From: Candidatus Gottesmanbacteria bacterium
GTDB taxonomy: Bacteria; Patescibacteriota; Microgenomatia; JACOXO01
NCBI GenBank assembly: GCA_016182365.1
Contig: JACOXO010000014.1
Location: 2,294-66,293 of the forward strand
Reading direction: 5' to 3'
DNA length: 64,000 nucleotides
Under the pieces are notes generated by a model. It saw nothing but the letters and a program-made list of their open reading frames with translations, was not told the origin of the DNA and ran no database searches. The first letter of the stretch is position 1, and each line of letters starts with the position of its first letter. Position numbers and translations under genes: made by a program. Of this stretch, positions 8,697 through 19,393 are shown one piece after another.

Positions 8697-9332
8697 CTAA
8701 AACTGGGTAGATTCTCCAGCTTCTAGAGGAATAAACTTAGATCCAAAATCCCCTAGCACTTTTTCCGGAAGAAAATGAACTGGTCCTAGAAACTTCAACA
8801 TACCATCATGTACCGGAAAACACTTTTTAGGTTTTATTCTCTTGGAATAATCAATTGCTTGACCTAAAGTTAACCATGGTCCAGCAACAGGTAGAGCAAG
8901 AATTTCTACCTTTTTTCCTGGATCTGTCAAAGCATCACCTGGGTAAAAGAGTTTGTTTGCAATAAAATATCCTGTATTTTCAACTCTGGGTACAGTGGAG
9001 TATATATCTGCGTGTAACTTTCCAAATCCTTCGATGAGAACATTCTTGAATTTTTTCTTTTTGTTATGGCCAAGAAGATCATATTTGATATTTTTCTGTA
9101 ATAAGATTTTACCAACTGCATTGTTTGTAATAATTGTTGAGCGCGGATTTTTTACAAGAACTTTTTTAAGCGATTCAATATGTAGATGATCAAGATGTTC
9201 GTGAGTAATAGCTATAACATCAATTTTTTGAATCTGGTTTTGTTTGTCAGTATAAGCACCTGGATCTGTTAAAATACGGAGACCATCAACATCTATTACC
9301 AAACAGCAGTGTCCGATTTTATGAACTTTCAT
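8697..9332 (-). CDS. MBL-fold metallo-hydrolase
   Basis: HxHxDH motif (ITHEHLDHLH) and beta-lactamase-fold layout; 211 aa. Confidence 0.75.
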   Translation of the reverse strand: MKVHKIGHCCLVIDVDGLRILTDPGAYTDKQNQIQKIDVIAITHEHLDHLHIESLKKVLVKNPRSTIITNNAVGKILLQKNIKYDLLGHNKKKKFKNVLIEGFGKLHADIYSTVPRVENTGYFIANKLFYPGDALTDPGKKVEILALPVAGPWLTLGQAIDYSKRIKPKKCFPVHDGMLKFLGPVHFLPEKVLGDFGSKFIPLEAGESTQF

Positions 9333-9382
9333 CTCATTGTAATTATAACATTCATCGTGTAATACTGATAATATAATAAATT

Positions 9383-9985
9383 ATGGACAATAATTTTGTG
9401 ATGCAGGGTTATGACAAAGTGGCGGAGAAATATCTTAAGAACAGAGATCAATTTAAGAGCATTAAATATTTAGATATCCTAATAAAAAGACTAAAACCTG
9501 GTGCTAAAATTATTGATCTTGGATGTGGAGTCGGAATTCCACTCGATAGATACCTAATAGACAAAGGATTTAAAGTAACAGGTATTGATATATCCACAAA
9601 ACAAATAGAATTAGCACGTCGAAATTGTCCCCAAGCTACATTTATAGTTAAAGATATGTCACAAATTAAAAATGGAGAATATCAGGTTGATGCCGTGATA
9701 TCTTTTTATGCGATATTTCATATTCAAAGAGAAAGTCATATTGAGATTTTTAAGAAAATAAATAGTTTTTTATCTTTAGGTGGTTTAATATTAATAACCA
9801 TGGGTTCTACGGAGTGGGAAGGTACGGAAACAAATTTTCATGGTACTTCAATGTACTGGAGCCACTACGATTCAAAGAAGAACAGAGAAATAATTGAAAG
9901 ATCTGGTTTCGATATTATTTTAGATGGAATTGATATATCAGGTGGTGAGAGGCATCAAGTTATACTTGCTAGAAAAATAAAATAA
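9383..9985 (+). CDS. Class I SAM-dependent methyltransferase
   Basis: Motif I DLGCGVGIP; 200 aa; substrate unknown. Confidence 0.75.
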   Translation: MDNNFVMQGYDKVAEKYLKNRDQFKSIKYLDILIKRLKPGAKIIDLGCGVGIPLDRYLIDKGFKVTGIDISTKQIELARRNCPQATFIVKDMSQIKNGEYQVDAVISFYAIFHIQRESHIEIFKKINSFLSLGGLILITMGSTEWEGTETNFHGTSMYWSHYDSKKNREIIERSGFDIILDGIDISGGERHQVILARKIK

Positions 9986-9991
9986 AACGGA

Positions 9992-12691
9992 TTAGATTTC
10001 GGAAAGCAACTCTTTTATTATAAATATTTTTATCTCTGCTGCAAAGTAATTTTTATTTTGAATATCTATTTTCGCTTCATTTAAAAGTGAATTTGCTTTT
10101 AAGAAGGAATCAGCTTTTAATTCATTACCTTTAATTTTGAGTTTTACTTCAGCAGCTTTTATCAATCCCTCCAAACCTAGCAATTCTCCCTGAATACGGA
10201 CATTATTTGGGATTTCTTTAGAAAGTTTTTTAAATGTTTCATAAGCATTAGATAAATTAGTAATAGCTTCGTATGCTGTGTTTCTTGGGTAGGCAGTGGA
10301 TTGCTTTTTTGCAAAAGAGATAATGTGTTTAATAGCTGTAGGAATGGATTGCGCTGATTTTTTGTAATTGTTTTTATTTAAATTATTTTGTGATGATTTT
10401 ATTGAATGTGACGCTAATGTCAGTGACCAATGAGGATAATTGATTTTCAGTTTTTCGATAATCTCATACGCCTGATCTAAGTAAAAGCTTCCGTTTGTAT
10501 CAATTATGTAGCTTGTATTTAGTGTATTTGTATTTACAATAAGATTATAATTATCTGTTTGCCCGTTTTGGGTTGTATTTATTATCATTTTCCAGAAACT
10601 ATCAGTGTCAGTTGTGATGCCAGAATATAGTGTGTATATACCAGATCCTGTACCATTTACCTTTATAGAATAATTTCCTCCTATTACATTAGGAACAAAT
10701 ATATAGCCATCAGTGCTCGAAAAATTACCTGAAGGTCCGCTTATACTAAATTCTGCAGGAGATTGAATGGCCATAAATAAAGAAGGGAAAATATCCGCAG
10801 TTGGTTCGGGAGTAATAATCTCGTTAACATCAATATCAAGTTTATCAATAATTTCACCAATACCATCTTCTGTTGTTATTAATTCTCTGTGGTTTGCGTT
10901 TTCAATAACTGATGATGGATCAGCACTTCTTGTAGCGCTTTTGGCAAGCACAGTCTCATCGCCAAAATCCGAAAAGACTGTATTTGTTGGTTTGCCATCC
11001 TGCCATAAACCTAAAATATTTTCTATAAAATCGGGATTAGTAATTTCAAAGCCTTCTGGAGTTTCATTTTTGTGTCCGTATATTGCATAAAATTTATCAT
11101 AAATGTTAGGGAATCCATTTTCTTGTTGAGCAAGATAAGTATTTTGCTGAATAAGAGACGTTGCCGGAATTAGAAAATTTTGATTATTTCTTAAAAAATC
11201 GAAAGTAGGCAAAATATCTTGAGTTGATGGAACGATTTCTCTTATGACGTCTTTATCTGTTAAGTGTCCATTTCTATTTAGGTTGATGATTATATCAAGA
11301 GCAAGTCTTTCCCAAAAATTATTATTTTCTACAACCCCGCCTTCCCAAGCTTTATACGCCTGCACAGCTCCACTGTGTGGGCTTCCAACAGCAATGACCT
11401 CTTCTATATCATCTGTTGGGTAATTCTGAGTGTATGTTCTTGCTATGAGTCCTCCCAGGCTATGTCCTACCAATTTTATGTTCCCGTCAGGGTTTTTAGG
11501 GAGGACAGTATTCTGAATAAAGTTATTTAATTCTGATGAAGTATCCTCAATTCTATCTCGCCAGTCGTAGTTGAATATAAATAAGTTTTCTCCATTTATG
11601 TAACCAGCAGATTCCAGTGTGTCAATAAGTCCTTGGTAGTCGTTAATGAAAAGTGTCATTATCCATTCACTCTGAGGAGGATTTTCTCCGTGAATAATCG
11701 CATCACTATTCCAAGACCCAAATAAACCAGGAAGGAGGATAATTGGTTTAAGCGGCTCCTTTATTTCCCCACTCGTCGCCAAACCAATAGACCAGTCTGT
11801 ACCATTATTGCCTGTATAAAAAAGATAATCATTTAATAAATTATCAGAGTAAACTATTGAAGGTGATAAAACTCTTTGTGAATCAAACTTTCCAACCTCT
11901 GCAGTGATAATTAAATTATCTTCCGTTTTATTCCACTCTATGCCGTCACCTGATGTAGCATAGCCAATTGAGGGTGGGTCCCCAGCATGGTAGTAAATTT
12001 CGTATACGTTGTCTCGAAAGATTACTTTGCCAGATCCTAGGTTAGTACCTTCCCAAGGCTTCGTGGATTCTAAAACGGGGTTTGCATAATTTGTCCAGTC
12101 TGTTCCGTTTTCCGAGGTTGCGTAACCAATTTTCCATACTCCGTTTTGTTGTGCAGAGTACCACATTAAATAATTATCTCCTAATTTTATAACTGATGGT
12201 TGGACAAAAGTTCCTGAGGATTGCCATGTTTGATTAATATTAATTTCAATAGGATTAGTCCAACTAATCTCATCAACTGAATTACTAATTTTTATCACGT
12301 ATGACCCATCATTTTTTTGGACTGTAAGCCACATAATATAACCGCTATCGTTATGGATGACTGATGGATCTGAATAATGTATTTCTGTTGTTAAATTTGG
12401 ACTAAGAACAGGATTATTTTCATCATAAGCCCATGTAATGCCATCATCTGACCATGCGTATCCTATTCTTGTTGTGAAACCGTCAAAACCAGAGTACCAA
12501 AGTTTAAATTTACCTTCGTCATAAATTGCAAATGGTAAAAGAATTCCTTCACTATCCCATTCTCCAGAGGAACTTGAATATAATACAGGGTTATTTTCAT
12601 ATTTTTCCCAAGCTGCATAAACATTGTTTGGAATTAGATAAAAAAAGACACTAAAAAATAATAGTGAGAGTATAATACTATACTTTTTCAT
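9992..12691 (-). CDS. Secreted 899-aa multidomain protein: N-terminal BNR/Asp-box beta-propeller, central alpha/beta-hydrolase (lipase-like GHSLGG), C-terminal beta-rich domain
   Basis: Signal peptide MKKYSIILSLLFFSVFFYLIPNNVYA; repeated S-x-D-x-G-x-T-W Asp-box motifs (AWSDDGITW, ATSENGTDW, ATSGDGIEW); nucleophile-elbow GHSLGGLIART in the middle. Confidence 0.7.
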   Translation of the reverse strand: MKKYSIILSLLFFSVFFYLIPNNVYAAWEKYENNPVLYSSSSGEWDSEGILLPFAIYDEGKFKLWYSGFDGFTTRIGYAWSDDGITWAYDENNPVLSPNLTTEIHYSDPSVIHNDSGYIMWLTVQKNDGSYVIKISNSVDEISWTNPIEININQTWQSSGTFVQPSVIKLGDNYLMWYSAQQNGVWKIGYATSENGTDWTNYANPVLESTKPWEGTNLGSGKVIFRDNVYEIYYHAGDPPSIGYATSGDGIEWNKTEDNLIITAEVGKFDSQRVLSPSIVYSDNLLNDYLFYTGNNGTDWSIGLATSGEIKEPLKPIILLPGLFGSWNSDAIIHGENPPQSEWIMTLFINDYQGLIDTLESAGYINGENLFIFNYDWRDRIEDTSSELNNFIQNTVLPKNPDGNIKLVGHSLGGLIARTYTQNYPTDDIEEVIAVGSPHSGAVQAYKAWEGGVVENNNFWERLALDIIINLNRNGHLTDKDVIREIVPSTQDILPTFDFLRNNQNFLIPATSLIQQNTYLAQQENGFPNIYDKFYAIYGHKNETPEGFEITNPDFIENILGLWQDGKPTNTVFSDFGDETVLAKSATRSADPSSVIENANHRELITTEDGIGEIIDKLDIDVNEIITPEPTADIFPSLFMAIQSPAEFSISGPSGNFSSTDGYIFVPNVIGGNYSIKVNGTGSGIYTLYSGITTDTDSFWKMIINTTQNGQTDNYNLIVNTNTLNTSYIIDTNGSFYLDQAYEIIEKLKINYPHWSLTLASHSIKSSQNNLNKNNYKKSAQSIPTAIKHIISFAKKQSTAYPRNTAYEAITNLSNAYETFKKLSKEIPNNVRIQGELLGLEGLIKAAEVKLKIKGNELKADSFLKANSLLNEAKIDIQNKNYFAAEIKIFIIKELLSEI

Positions 12692-12734
12692 GTATTTGGG
12701 TAAAGCATATTAAAGTTAGAATAATTGTCAATAG

Positions 12735-13682
12735 ATGCAAATGGTGTTAAACTGCATCAGTTTTTGTTTATTTTTTTACATGAATAACATATCTGTAGTA
12801 ATCCATACTTATAATTCTGCGAGTACATTAAGAAATTGCTTAAATTCAGTTAAATGGACGAATGAAATTATTATTATTGATATGGGTTCAGTAGATGAGA
12901 CATTAAAAATAGCAAAAAAATATAAATCAAAAATATACTTTTTTAAATATACCGGTTACGTTGAGCCAGCTAGAAATTTTGGGATATCTAAAGTCAAAAA
13001 TAAATGGGTTTTAATATTAGATTCAGATGAAACTATTTCTGTTAAATTAAAGTCCAAATTAATTGAGATTTCTAAACAAGATCGAATTGATTTTGTATTA
13101 ATTCCTAGAAAAAATATTATTTTTAATAAATGGATTAAGTATACAGGATGGTGGCCAGATCATAAAATAAGATTTTTTAAAAAAAGTTCTGTAAGGTGGA
13201 CTAGACAAATTCATGATGTACCATCTACGATTGGTAAGAGTCTTCTCCTTCCACCTCATGAGGCATATTCAATTCATCACGAAAATTATCAATCTATCTC
13301 GCAATTTATTGAAAGGTTAAATCGTTATACAAATATTGAGTCAAGGAAAATACTAAAAAATGGTGAAAATGTAGACACGTATACTCCTTTCAGAAAAGCT
13401 AGTAAAGAATTTATTCAAAGGTTTTATATGAGTGAGGGTTATAAAGATGGCTTTATAGGATTATTATTAAGTGTTTTAATGTCATTTTATCAATTTATAG
13501 CATATGCAAAGGTTCTCGAAAATAAAAAAAGGTTAAATGAACAGTCTAATTCTTTAAATTTAATTATTAATGTAATAATATTAGAAGGGTTAAGAGTTGT
13601 TTCTTGGAATTTTATAAATTTACCTTTATTAAAACTTGCAAGGACATTTAAAAGAAAAATAAAACAGTATGGATATATATAA
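12735..13682 (+). CDS. Glycosyltransferase family 2
   Basis: GT-A N-terminus ISVVIHTYNSASTL...DMGSVDET, DxD-type motif; true start may be the downstream Met near 12780. Confidence 0.8.
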   Translation: MQMVLNCISFCLFFYMNNISVVIHTYNSASTLRNCLNSVKWTNEIIIIDMGSVDETLKIAKKYKSKIYFFKYTGYVEPARNFGISKVKNKWVLILDSDETISVKLKSKLIEISKQDRIDFVLIPRKNIIFNKWIKYTGWWPDHKIRFFKKSSVRWTRQIHDVPSTIGKSLLLPPHEAYSIHHENYQSISQFIERLNRYTNIESRKILKNGENVDTYTPFRKASKEFIQRFYMSEGYKDGFIGLLLSVLMSFYQFIAYAKVLENKKRLNEQSNSLNLIINVIILEGLRVVSWNFINLPLLKLARTFKRKIKQYGYI

Positions 13683-14136
13683 AAATAAGATTAAAGATTT
13701 AATCATAAACCCTCTTACAACTAGAGTAGACGATCGGGGGTATTTGATAGAAATAATTCGGGCGACCGACCCTTTTCTTAAAAAATTTGGTCAGGTTTAT
13801 GTTGTTGGAAGTACTTCAAAAGGTACTATCCGTGCTTTCCATAAACATAAAAAATTATGGGATTATTTTTATATTACTCAAGGCAGCGCAAAATACGCTT
13901 TTTATGATGACAGAAAAAATAGTAAGACTTACAAAAAAATGGAAACTTTTATTTTAACGCAAAGAAACCCGTCTTTAATTATAGTACCACCTGGAGTTTA
14001 TCATGGTTGGATGGCTCTTGAAGACAATACAATATTGATTTCAACTGCTTCAGAAGTATACAACCGAGAAAAACCTGATGAGGTACGCGTACCATATAAT
14101 TCTTTTGGGTACGACTGGAGTATTAAATTCAAATAG
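13669..14136 (+). CDS. Cupin-fold sugar-nucleotide epimerase/isomerase (RmlC / WxcM / FdtA-like)
   Basis: 155 aa; double-stranded beta-helix type motifs (FHKHKK...PPGVYHGW) typical of dTDP-sugar 3,5-epimerase / 3,4-ketoisomerase families; sits in the sugar cluster. Confidence 0.5.
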   Translation: MDIYKNKIKDLIINPLTTRVDDRGYLIEIIRATDPFLKKFGQVYVVGSTSKGTIRAFHKHKKLWDYFYITQGSAKYAFYDDRKNSKTYKKMETFILTQRNPSLIIVPPGVYHGWMALEDNTILISTASEVYNREKPDEVRVPYNSFGYDWSIKFK

Positions 14137-14138
14137 TC

Positions 14139-14188
14139 CACCTCGGAGGAGTCCCCGCCCGAGGCGGGGCCACCGTCCGAGGTGTTTT
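14139..14188 (+). terminator. Long nested GC-rich hairpin followed by TTTTG, between the cupin gene and the SDR epimerase
   Basis: Outer 9-bp stem CACCTCGGA/TCCGAGGTG enclosing inner CCCCGCC-CGA-GGCGGGG; U-run after it; read directly. Confidence 0.5.
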
Positions 14189-14198
14189 GAAAATTCAG

Positions 14199-15200
14199 AT
14201 GATACTTATTACAGGTGGAGCTGGTTATATTGGTTCTGTTTTAGTTAAACATCTCCTTAACCAAAATTATAAAGTAAGAGTTATTGACAGCTTTTGGTTT
14301 GGAAAAGAATCTCTTGCGGAATATAAAAATAAAATTGAGATAGTTGAGGGAGATATAAGAAATCCTCCGAAAGATATTTTTAAAAACATCGATTCTGTTA
14401 TCCATCTTGCTGGTTTTTCCAACGACCCTACAGCAAATTTTGACACGAAAACTAATTTTGAAATTAACACATACGCTACCTTATCTTTTGCAAAACAAGC
14501 AAAAAGTAAAGGAGTTAAACAATTTATTTTTGGTTCATCTTGCTCAATTTATGATCAGGGATTTACAAGTAAAATCAAAACACTCAGAGAAAGTGATAAA
14601 GTTTTTCCGAAATCTGCCTACTCACTTTCCAAATATCAAGCAGAACAAGGATTACTTGATTTGGCTAGTAATAAATTCTGTGTTGTTGTGGTTAGAAAGG
14701 GGACAGTTTATGGTTATAGCAGTAGAATGAGATATGATCTTGTAATCAATACAATGGTTAAAGATGCTTTGTCATATGGCAAAATTAACGTTTTAGCAGG
14801 TGGTGTACAATTCAGACCATTAATATCTGTTGACGATGTGGCCAGAGGTTACATTTTATTCTTAAAGCAAAACAGCTCAAAATTAAACAAGAATATTTTT
14901 AATCTTCTTTCCAATAATTTCAGAATTATTGATGTGGCTAAGATAGTCAAAAAAAGCTTAAAAAAGTATAGGAACGTTAGTATTAGCGTATCTGATGTTT
15001 TTATTGAAACCAGAAACTATAAAGTGTCGAATAAAAAAATTAAAAAATATTTAAATTTCAAACCAGTTGACAACATAGAGTCGATTGCAAAAGATATGAT
15101 TAAGAAAATTTATAAATTCAAAAAGACTGATTTTGATAACTTTAACTATTATAATATTGAATGGATGAAAAGAATGTATGAAAAACAACAAAGGCTTTAA
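14199..15200 (+). CDS. NAD-dependent sugar epimerase/dehydratase (SDR family)
   Basis: Rossmann motif ILITGGAGYIGS, YxxxK active-site region; ATG at 14199 preferred over the TTG at 14187. Confidence 0.85.
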   Translation: MILITGGAGYIGSVLVKHLLNQNYKVRVIDSFWFGKESLAEYKNKIEIVEGDIRNPPKDIFKNIDSVIHLAGFSNDPTANFDTKTNFEINTYATLSFAKQAKSKGVKQFIFGSSCSIYDQGFTSKIKTLRESDKVFPKSAYSLSKYQAEQGLLDLASNKFCVVVVRKGTVYGYSSRMRYDLVINTMVKDALSYGKINVLAGGVQFRPLISVDDVARGYILFLKQNSSKLNKNIFNLLSNNFRIIDVAKIVKKSLKKYRNVSISVSDVFIETRNYKVSNKKIKKYLNFKPVDNIESIAKDMIKKIYKFKKTDFDNFNYYNIEWMKRMYEKQQRL

Positions 15201-16041
15201 ATCAAAACCTGTTGTATCAATTATTATTTTAACCTGCAACTCATATATATTAGCAAATCAATGCATTGATCTCGTTAAAAAACTAACTTCAAAAAATTAC
15301 CACAAAAATATAATTGTTGTTGATAATGGATCTAAGGGAGACATAGTCAAAAAACTGGCACAAGAATATCCGGAAATAATGATTGTTGACAACAAAGTTA
15401 ACTATGGTTTTTCAAAAGGTATAAACTATGGGATAAAACTTGCACTTGATTTAAAATCAAATTATATTTTTTTACTCAACGACGACACGATATTCGACAG
15501 TTTTTTAATGGATAGGCTTATAGAAAAAGCAGAAAATAATAAATACCTAATATGTGGACCTCAAGTACTAACAAAAGAAGGTTTTGTTTGGTCTAATGGG
15601 GGGATGATAGATAAAAAACGTTTTAGTGGTTCATTAGTAGATTACGGAGAAAAGCCGTCCAGCGACAATAAAGAAAAAACAGTTAATTTTATTTCAGGTA
15701 CGGCAATGTTAGTCAAAACTTCCGTTTTTAATAAAATTGGTTTTTTGGATGAAGATTATTTTTTATATTACGACGACGCTGATTTTTGTTTTAGAGCCCA
15801 AAAAGCAGGAATACAATCAATAATCATTCCATCTATAAAATTAATTCATTTAGAGACGGTTACAATTGGGAAAAATTCGCCATCACACTATTATCACGCT
15901 GCAAAAAGCAGATTAATATTCTTATTTAAACATGCTCCATATTGGCTAAAAATAAGAGAGATTATGAGATTGCCAAAATCTATTTTAGAGTCGAGAAAAC
16001 CTGAATTGCAAGCTTATTTTGATTTCTTTTTTAAATTATGA
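15178..16041 (+). CDS. Glycosyltransferase family 2
   Basis: VSIIILTCNS...VVDNGS N-terminus, DDD motif (LLNDDT), 287 aa. Confidence 0.8.
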   Translation: MKNNKGFKSKPVVSIIILTCNSYILANQCIDLVKKLTSKNYHKNIIVVDNGSKGDIVKKLAQEYPEIMIVDNKVNYGFSKGINYGIKLALDLKSNYIFLLNDDTIFDSFLMDRLIEKAENNKYLICGPQVLTKEGFVWSNGGMIDKKRFSGSLVDYGEKPSSDNKEKTVNFISGTAMLVKTSVFNKIGFLDEDYFLYYDDADFCFRAQKAGIQSIIIPSIKLIHLETVTIGKNSPSHYYHAAKSRLIFLFKHAPYWLKIREIMRLPKSILESRKPELQAYFDFFFKL

Positions 16042-17150
16042 AAATTGGTGTTGATGCAGGTTGTTTGGGAATACCAGATGAGCGGCTTAAAGTAGGTGTA
16101 TATCAAATGGCTGTTGGACTTCTTAGGGCGTTGGGAAAAATTGACAAAAAGAACAATTATATTTTATATAGCTTTATTCCAATTAATAAGTATCTTTTAA
16201 AATCATTTGGTAACAATTTCTACAATAAGGTAATTAAACCATCATTTCTCTGGTCATCTATCTGGTTGCCTTTAGCGGTCAATCTTGACAACCTAGACGT
16301 CTTTATAGGTTTATCTCAAAATTTACCTATGTTATCTCAGAGTACTAAAAGTTTTGTTATAGTACATGATCTTACTTTTGAAAAATACCCTTCATTTTTT
16401 CCCGATTCCTATAACCAGTTGCATAGAATTACCCAATATTCTATAAAATCAGCCGATAAAGTAATAGCAGTGTCAAATGCAACAAAGACAGATATCGTCA
16501 AATATTATCCAAATGCAATTAATAAAACACAAGTAATTTATTCCGGCTTTGAAGACCGTTTTAATGCTAAAGGCGTTAATATAAGTAAAGAATTGCTAAA
16601 AATGAGAATAAATAAACCATTTTTTCTTTTTGTTGGAACTTATAAACAAAGCAAGAACATTCCTAACTTAATAAAGGCATTCACGCTCTTTTCAAGTAAA
16701 GATAATAAATATAATTTAGTAATTGTTGGCAGTAACTTTTGGATGGATAAATCTATTTTAAAAGCAATTGACGAATCTAGTTATAAAAAAAGAATAAAAA
16801 TGTTAGGCTTTGTATCTGACAAAGATTTACACACACTTTATAAAAGCGCTGCAGCATTTGTTTCTCCAGCGTTTAACGAAGGTTTTGGTCTGACTTATTT
16901 AGAGGCAGCTTTATTCAAGCTGCCAATAATAGCTTCAAAAACAGGTTCGATATTTGAAATATTTCAAAATTCCGTTCTTTACAGCCAGCCTTCAAATATA
17001 AAATCTATAGCTAGTGCAATGGATAAAATCGCAAAAGATAAGATTTTGAGAAAGAAACTTGCAGGGAGTGCTTATATAAAAAGCAAATCCTTCAGATGGG
17101 AAAAGAGTGCCAGAGAATTATTAAAAGTTATTTCAACTAGTGAGCAATAA
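16038..17150 (+). CDS. Glycosyltransferase family 1 (GT4-like)
   Basis: C-terminal EGFGLTYLEAALFKLPIIASKTG motif of GT-B retaining transferases; 370 aa. Confidence 0.8.
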   Translation: MKIGVDAGCLGIPDERLKVGVYQMAVGLLRALGKIDKKNNYILYSFIPINKYLLKSFGNNFYNKVIKPSFLWSSIWLPLAVNLDNLDVFIGLSQNLPMLSQSTKSFVIVHDLTFEKYPSFFPDSYNQLHRITQYSIKSADKVIAVSNATKTDIVKYYPNAINKTQVIYSGFEDRFNAKGVNISKELLKMRINKPFFLFVGTYKQSKNIPNLIKAFTLFSSKDNKYNLVIVGSNFWMDKSILKAIDESSYKKRIKMLGFVSDKDLHTLYKSAAAFVSPAFNEGFGLTYLEAALFKLPIIASKTGSIFEIFQNSVLYSQPSNIKSIASAMDKIAKDKILRKKLAGSAYIKSKSFRWEKSARELLKVISTSEQ

Positions 17151-17835
17151 ATATCCATACACTAATTTTAATAATGACCCTTATCATACGCATCAAAAAC
17201 TTCTTGAAAAAGTTCGTCATGGATCAAAAGTACTTGAAATAGGTTGTGCAACTGGCTACTTTACTAGTGAGCTTCTTAGAAAGGGCTGCATTGTAACCCC
17301 AGTTGAAATTAATAAGGATTATGCCAGAATTGCCCAAGAACAGACTGGTATCAAAGTAATATCTGCTGACGTTTTGAAAATTGACAAATATATAAACGTA
17401 AGAAATAAGTATGATTATATTTTGTTGGCTGATGTATTAGAACATACCAGCGATCCATTTTTAGCATTGACTAAACTGGCAAATTATCTTGGTAAACAAG
17501 GTAAATTTATTATTTCAATACCAAATATTGCTAACTTTTCAATCAGATTAATGCTTCTTTTTGGCCATTTCGATTACCAGGATTGGGGGATTATGGATAG
17601 AACACACAAATATTTCTTTACCCATGCCTCAGCTAAAAAGCTGTTTGACATGGCACAACTTTCAGTATCTGATTTCGATGTTGTATCTGGGTTTGAAACA
17701 TCAAAATTGTATAAGAAAACCATTGGCCCAATTATTTTCAGAATAAACATCCTTAGAAATTTAGAATACTTAATTGCAAAGTCATTTCCAAATCTCTATG
17801 CCCTGGAGTTTATTTATGAACTTTCTAAGAAATAA
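17140..17835 (+). CDS. Class I SAM-dependent methyltransferase
   Basis: Motif I VLEIGCATGYFT; 231 aa; inside the glycan cluster. Confidence 0.75.
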   Translation: MSNKYPYTNFNNDPYHTHQKLLEKVRHGSKVLEIGCATGYFTSELLRKGCIVTPVEINKDYARIAQEQTGIKVISADVLKIDKYINVRNKYDYILLADVLEHTSDPFLALTKLANYLGKQGKFIISIPNIANFSIRLMLLFGHFDYQDWGIMDRTHKYFFTHASAKKLFDMAQLSVSDFDVVSGFETSKLYKKTIGPIIFRINILRNLEYLIAKSFPNLYALEFIYELSKK

Positions 17836-19393
17836 AATATTTATTATTTTTATTCTTGCCTCTATCGGTTTATGGTTTATAGGTATCAATGATCCATTTG
17901 TGGGGGCATATAGTGCAAATCTTAATTATTTTACATTGGCAGCTAAAAACTTTGCTAGGATTGGATATTTGAAACTCGGTTTTGTGCCTACTTACTATGC
18001 CGGAGAAGTAAGTGAATACGTCAGTCAACCATATCTTCATCATCCTGTATCGTATTTTACACTAGTATCGATTCCGTTTTTAATATTCGGATTTCACAAC
18101 TGGATTGCTTCAATTACACCTGTAATTTTTTCCCTTTTTAGTCTTATATTTTTATATAAAATTTGCAAAACTTTGTGGAATGAAAAAACTGCATTACTGG
18201 CTGTTTTTCTATTCTCAGTTTTTCCTATGTCTGCCGTTTTTAATAAGCAGACAATATTTGAACCAGCTGTTACGGCTGTGCTATTAAGTTCGTATTATTT
18301 CTACATTAAATATTTAAAAAGCGGACGATGGAGAAATCTAATTTTATTCTTTCTATCTAGTTTATTGTCTATTTTAATTGATTGGGGAGGAGTTTACTTT
18401 ATTTTTCCATTAGTTATTTTATTCCCATTTCTTAACCCTAATAATAGATCTGCAAAAGCTGTAAAAATCTATGTTTTAGCAGCGTGTTTAGGAATAATGG
18501 TATTTATTTTGCAAGTTTTATACTGGAGGGGTGGGTTTGAAGATTTAATTTCGGCGGTTTGGGTGAGACAAGTTGATAGTGAATTATTTTCAGGGGAATA
18601 TCCAATACTTAGATACATTTTGACTGTAGTTTTTAGAATTTTGATATATTTTACTCCGTTTTCAATTTTGGTGTTAGTCTTATTAAAGCAACATATTCAA
18701 GAGTTTTTTAAAAAAAAGGAGCTGTCATTACAATCATATACAATTTTCTTCTTTTTAATTTTTGGACTGGTTAATTTTATTATTCTTCCAACAGCTACGT
18801 TTGGGCACATTTATTTTCTTATTTATCTGACTCCATTTTTCTCTATCTCACTAAGTTTAATTCTACTTACCAGGTTTGGAAAATCAGATACTTTAATTTA
18901 CTTTATAATGACACTAATCCTTATTCTAAGCAGTGTAGTTGTTTATAGTAAGTGGCAGCAGGTGAATAAGCAGATATATAAATATGATGCTGGCCTAAAA
19001 ATAAATCAGCAACTTAAGCCTTTCCAAACTGTTGCAGTATATGAGTACCCGGGAGATATGTTGGAGCAATATTTTTTTCATCCCACAGTAAATATGACCA
19101 GTTTTATTGACCTTATTGATTATCTTGATGAGGACTTGGAAAAGGATAGGGTTGCGATTTATTCCTGTTGGGGCACGTGTTCTTCTGAGGAAATGGAATT
19201 TATTTCCAACATTCACTATCATAAAATCCAATTTGCTAAAGATATTTGGCTGATAACTAGCGATATTCAAGATGTTAGTTTATATGATTCCCAAAATAAA
19301 GCAGCTATTGAAGAAAATAGTTTGGAATCAGCGACTAGTTTTATAAACTATTATAGGTATATTAGAGATTTTCTTAGGGTAGGGCAGTTATGA
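17816..19393 (+). CDS. Polytopic membrane protein, GT-C-like (ArnT/PMT/GT39-type) putative glycosyltransferase
   Basis: More than 10 predicted TM helices, large loops, located among GT genes; the family call is a weak inference from topology and context. Start moved to the ATG at 17816. Confidence 0.45.
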   Translation: MNFLRNKIFIIFILASIGLWFIGINDPFVGAYSANLNYFTLAAKNFARIGYLKLGFVPTYYAGEVSEYVSQPYLHHPVSYFTLVSIPFLIFGFHNWIASITPVIFSLFSLIFLYKICKTLWNEKTALLAVFLFSVFPMSAVFNKQTIFEPAVTAVLLSSYYFYIKYLKSGRWRNLILFFLSSLLSILIDWGGVYFIFPLVILFPFLNPNNRSAKAVKIYVLAACLGIMVFILQVLYWRGGFEDLISAVWVRQVDSELFSGEYPILRYILTVVFRILIYFTPFSILVLVLLKQHIQEFFKKKELSLQSYTIFFFLIFGLVNFIILPTATFGHIYFLIYLTPFFSISLSLILLTRFGKSDTLIYFIMTLILILSSVVVYSKWQQVNKQIYKYDAGLKINQQLKPFQTVAVYEYPGDMLEQYFFHPTVNMTSFIDLIDYLDEDLEKDRVAIYSCWGTCSSEEMEFISNIHYHKIQFAKDIWLITSDIQDVSLYDSQNKAAIEENSLESATSFINYYRYIRDFLRVGQL

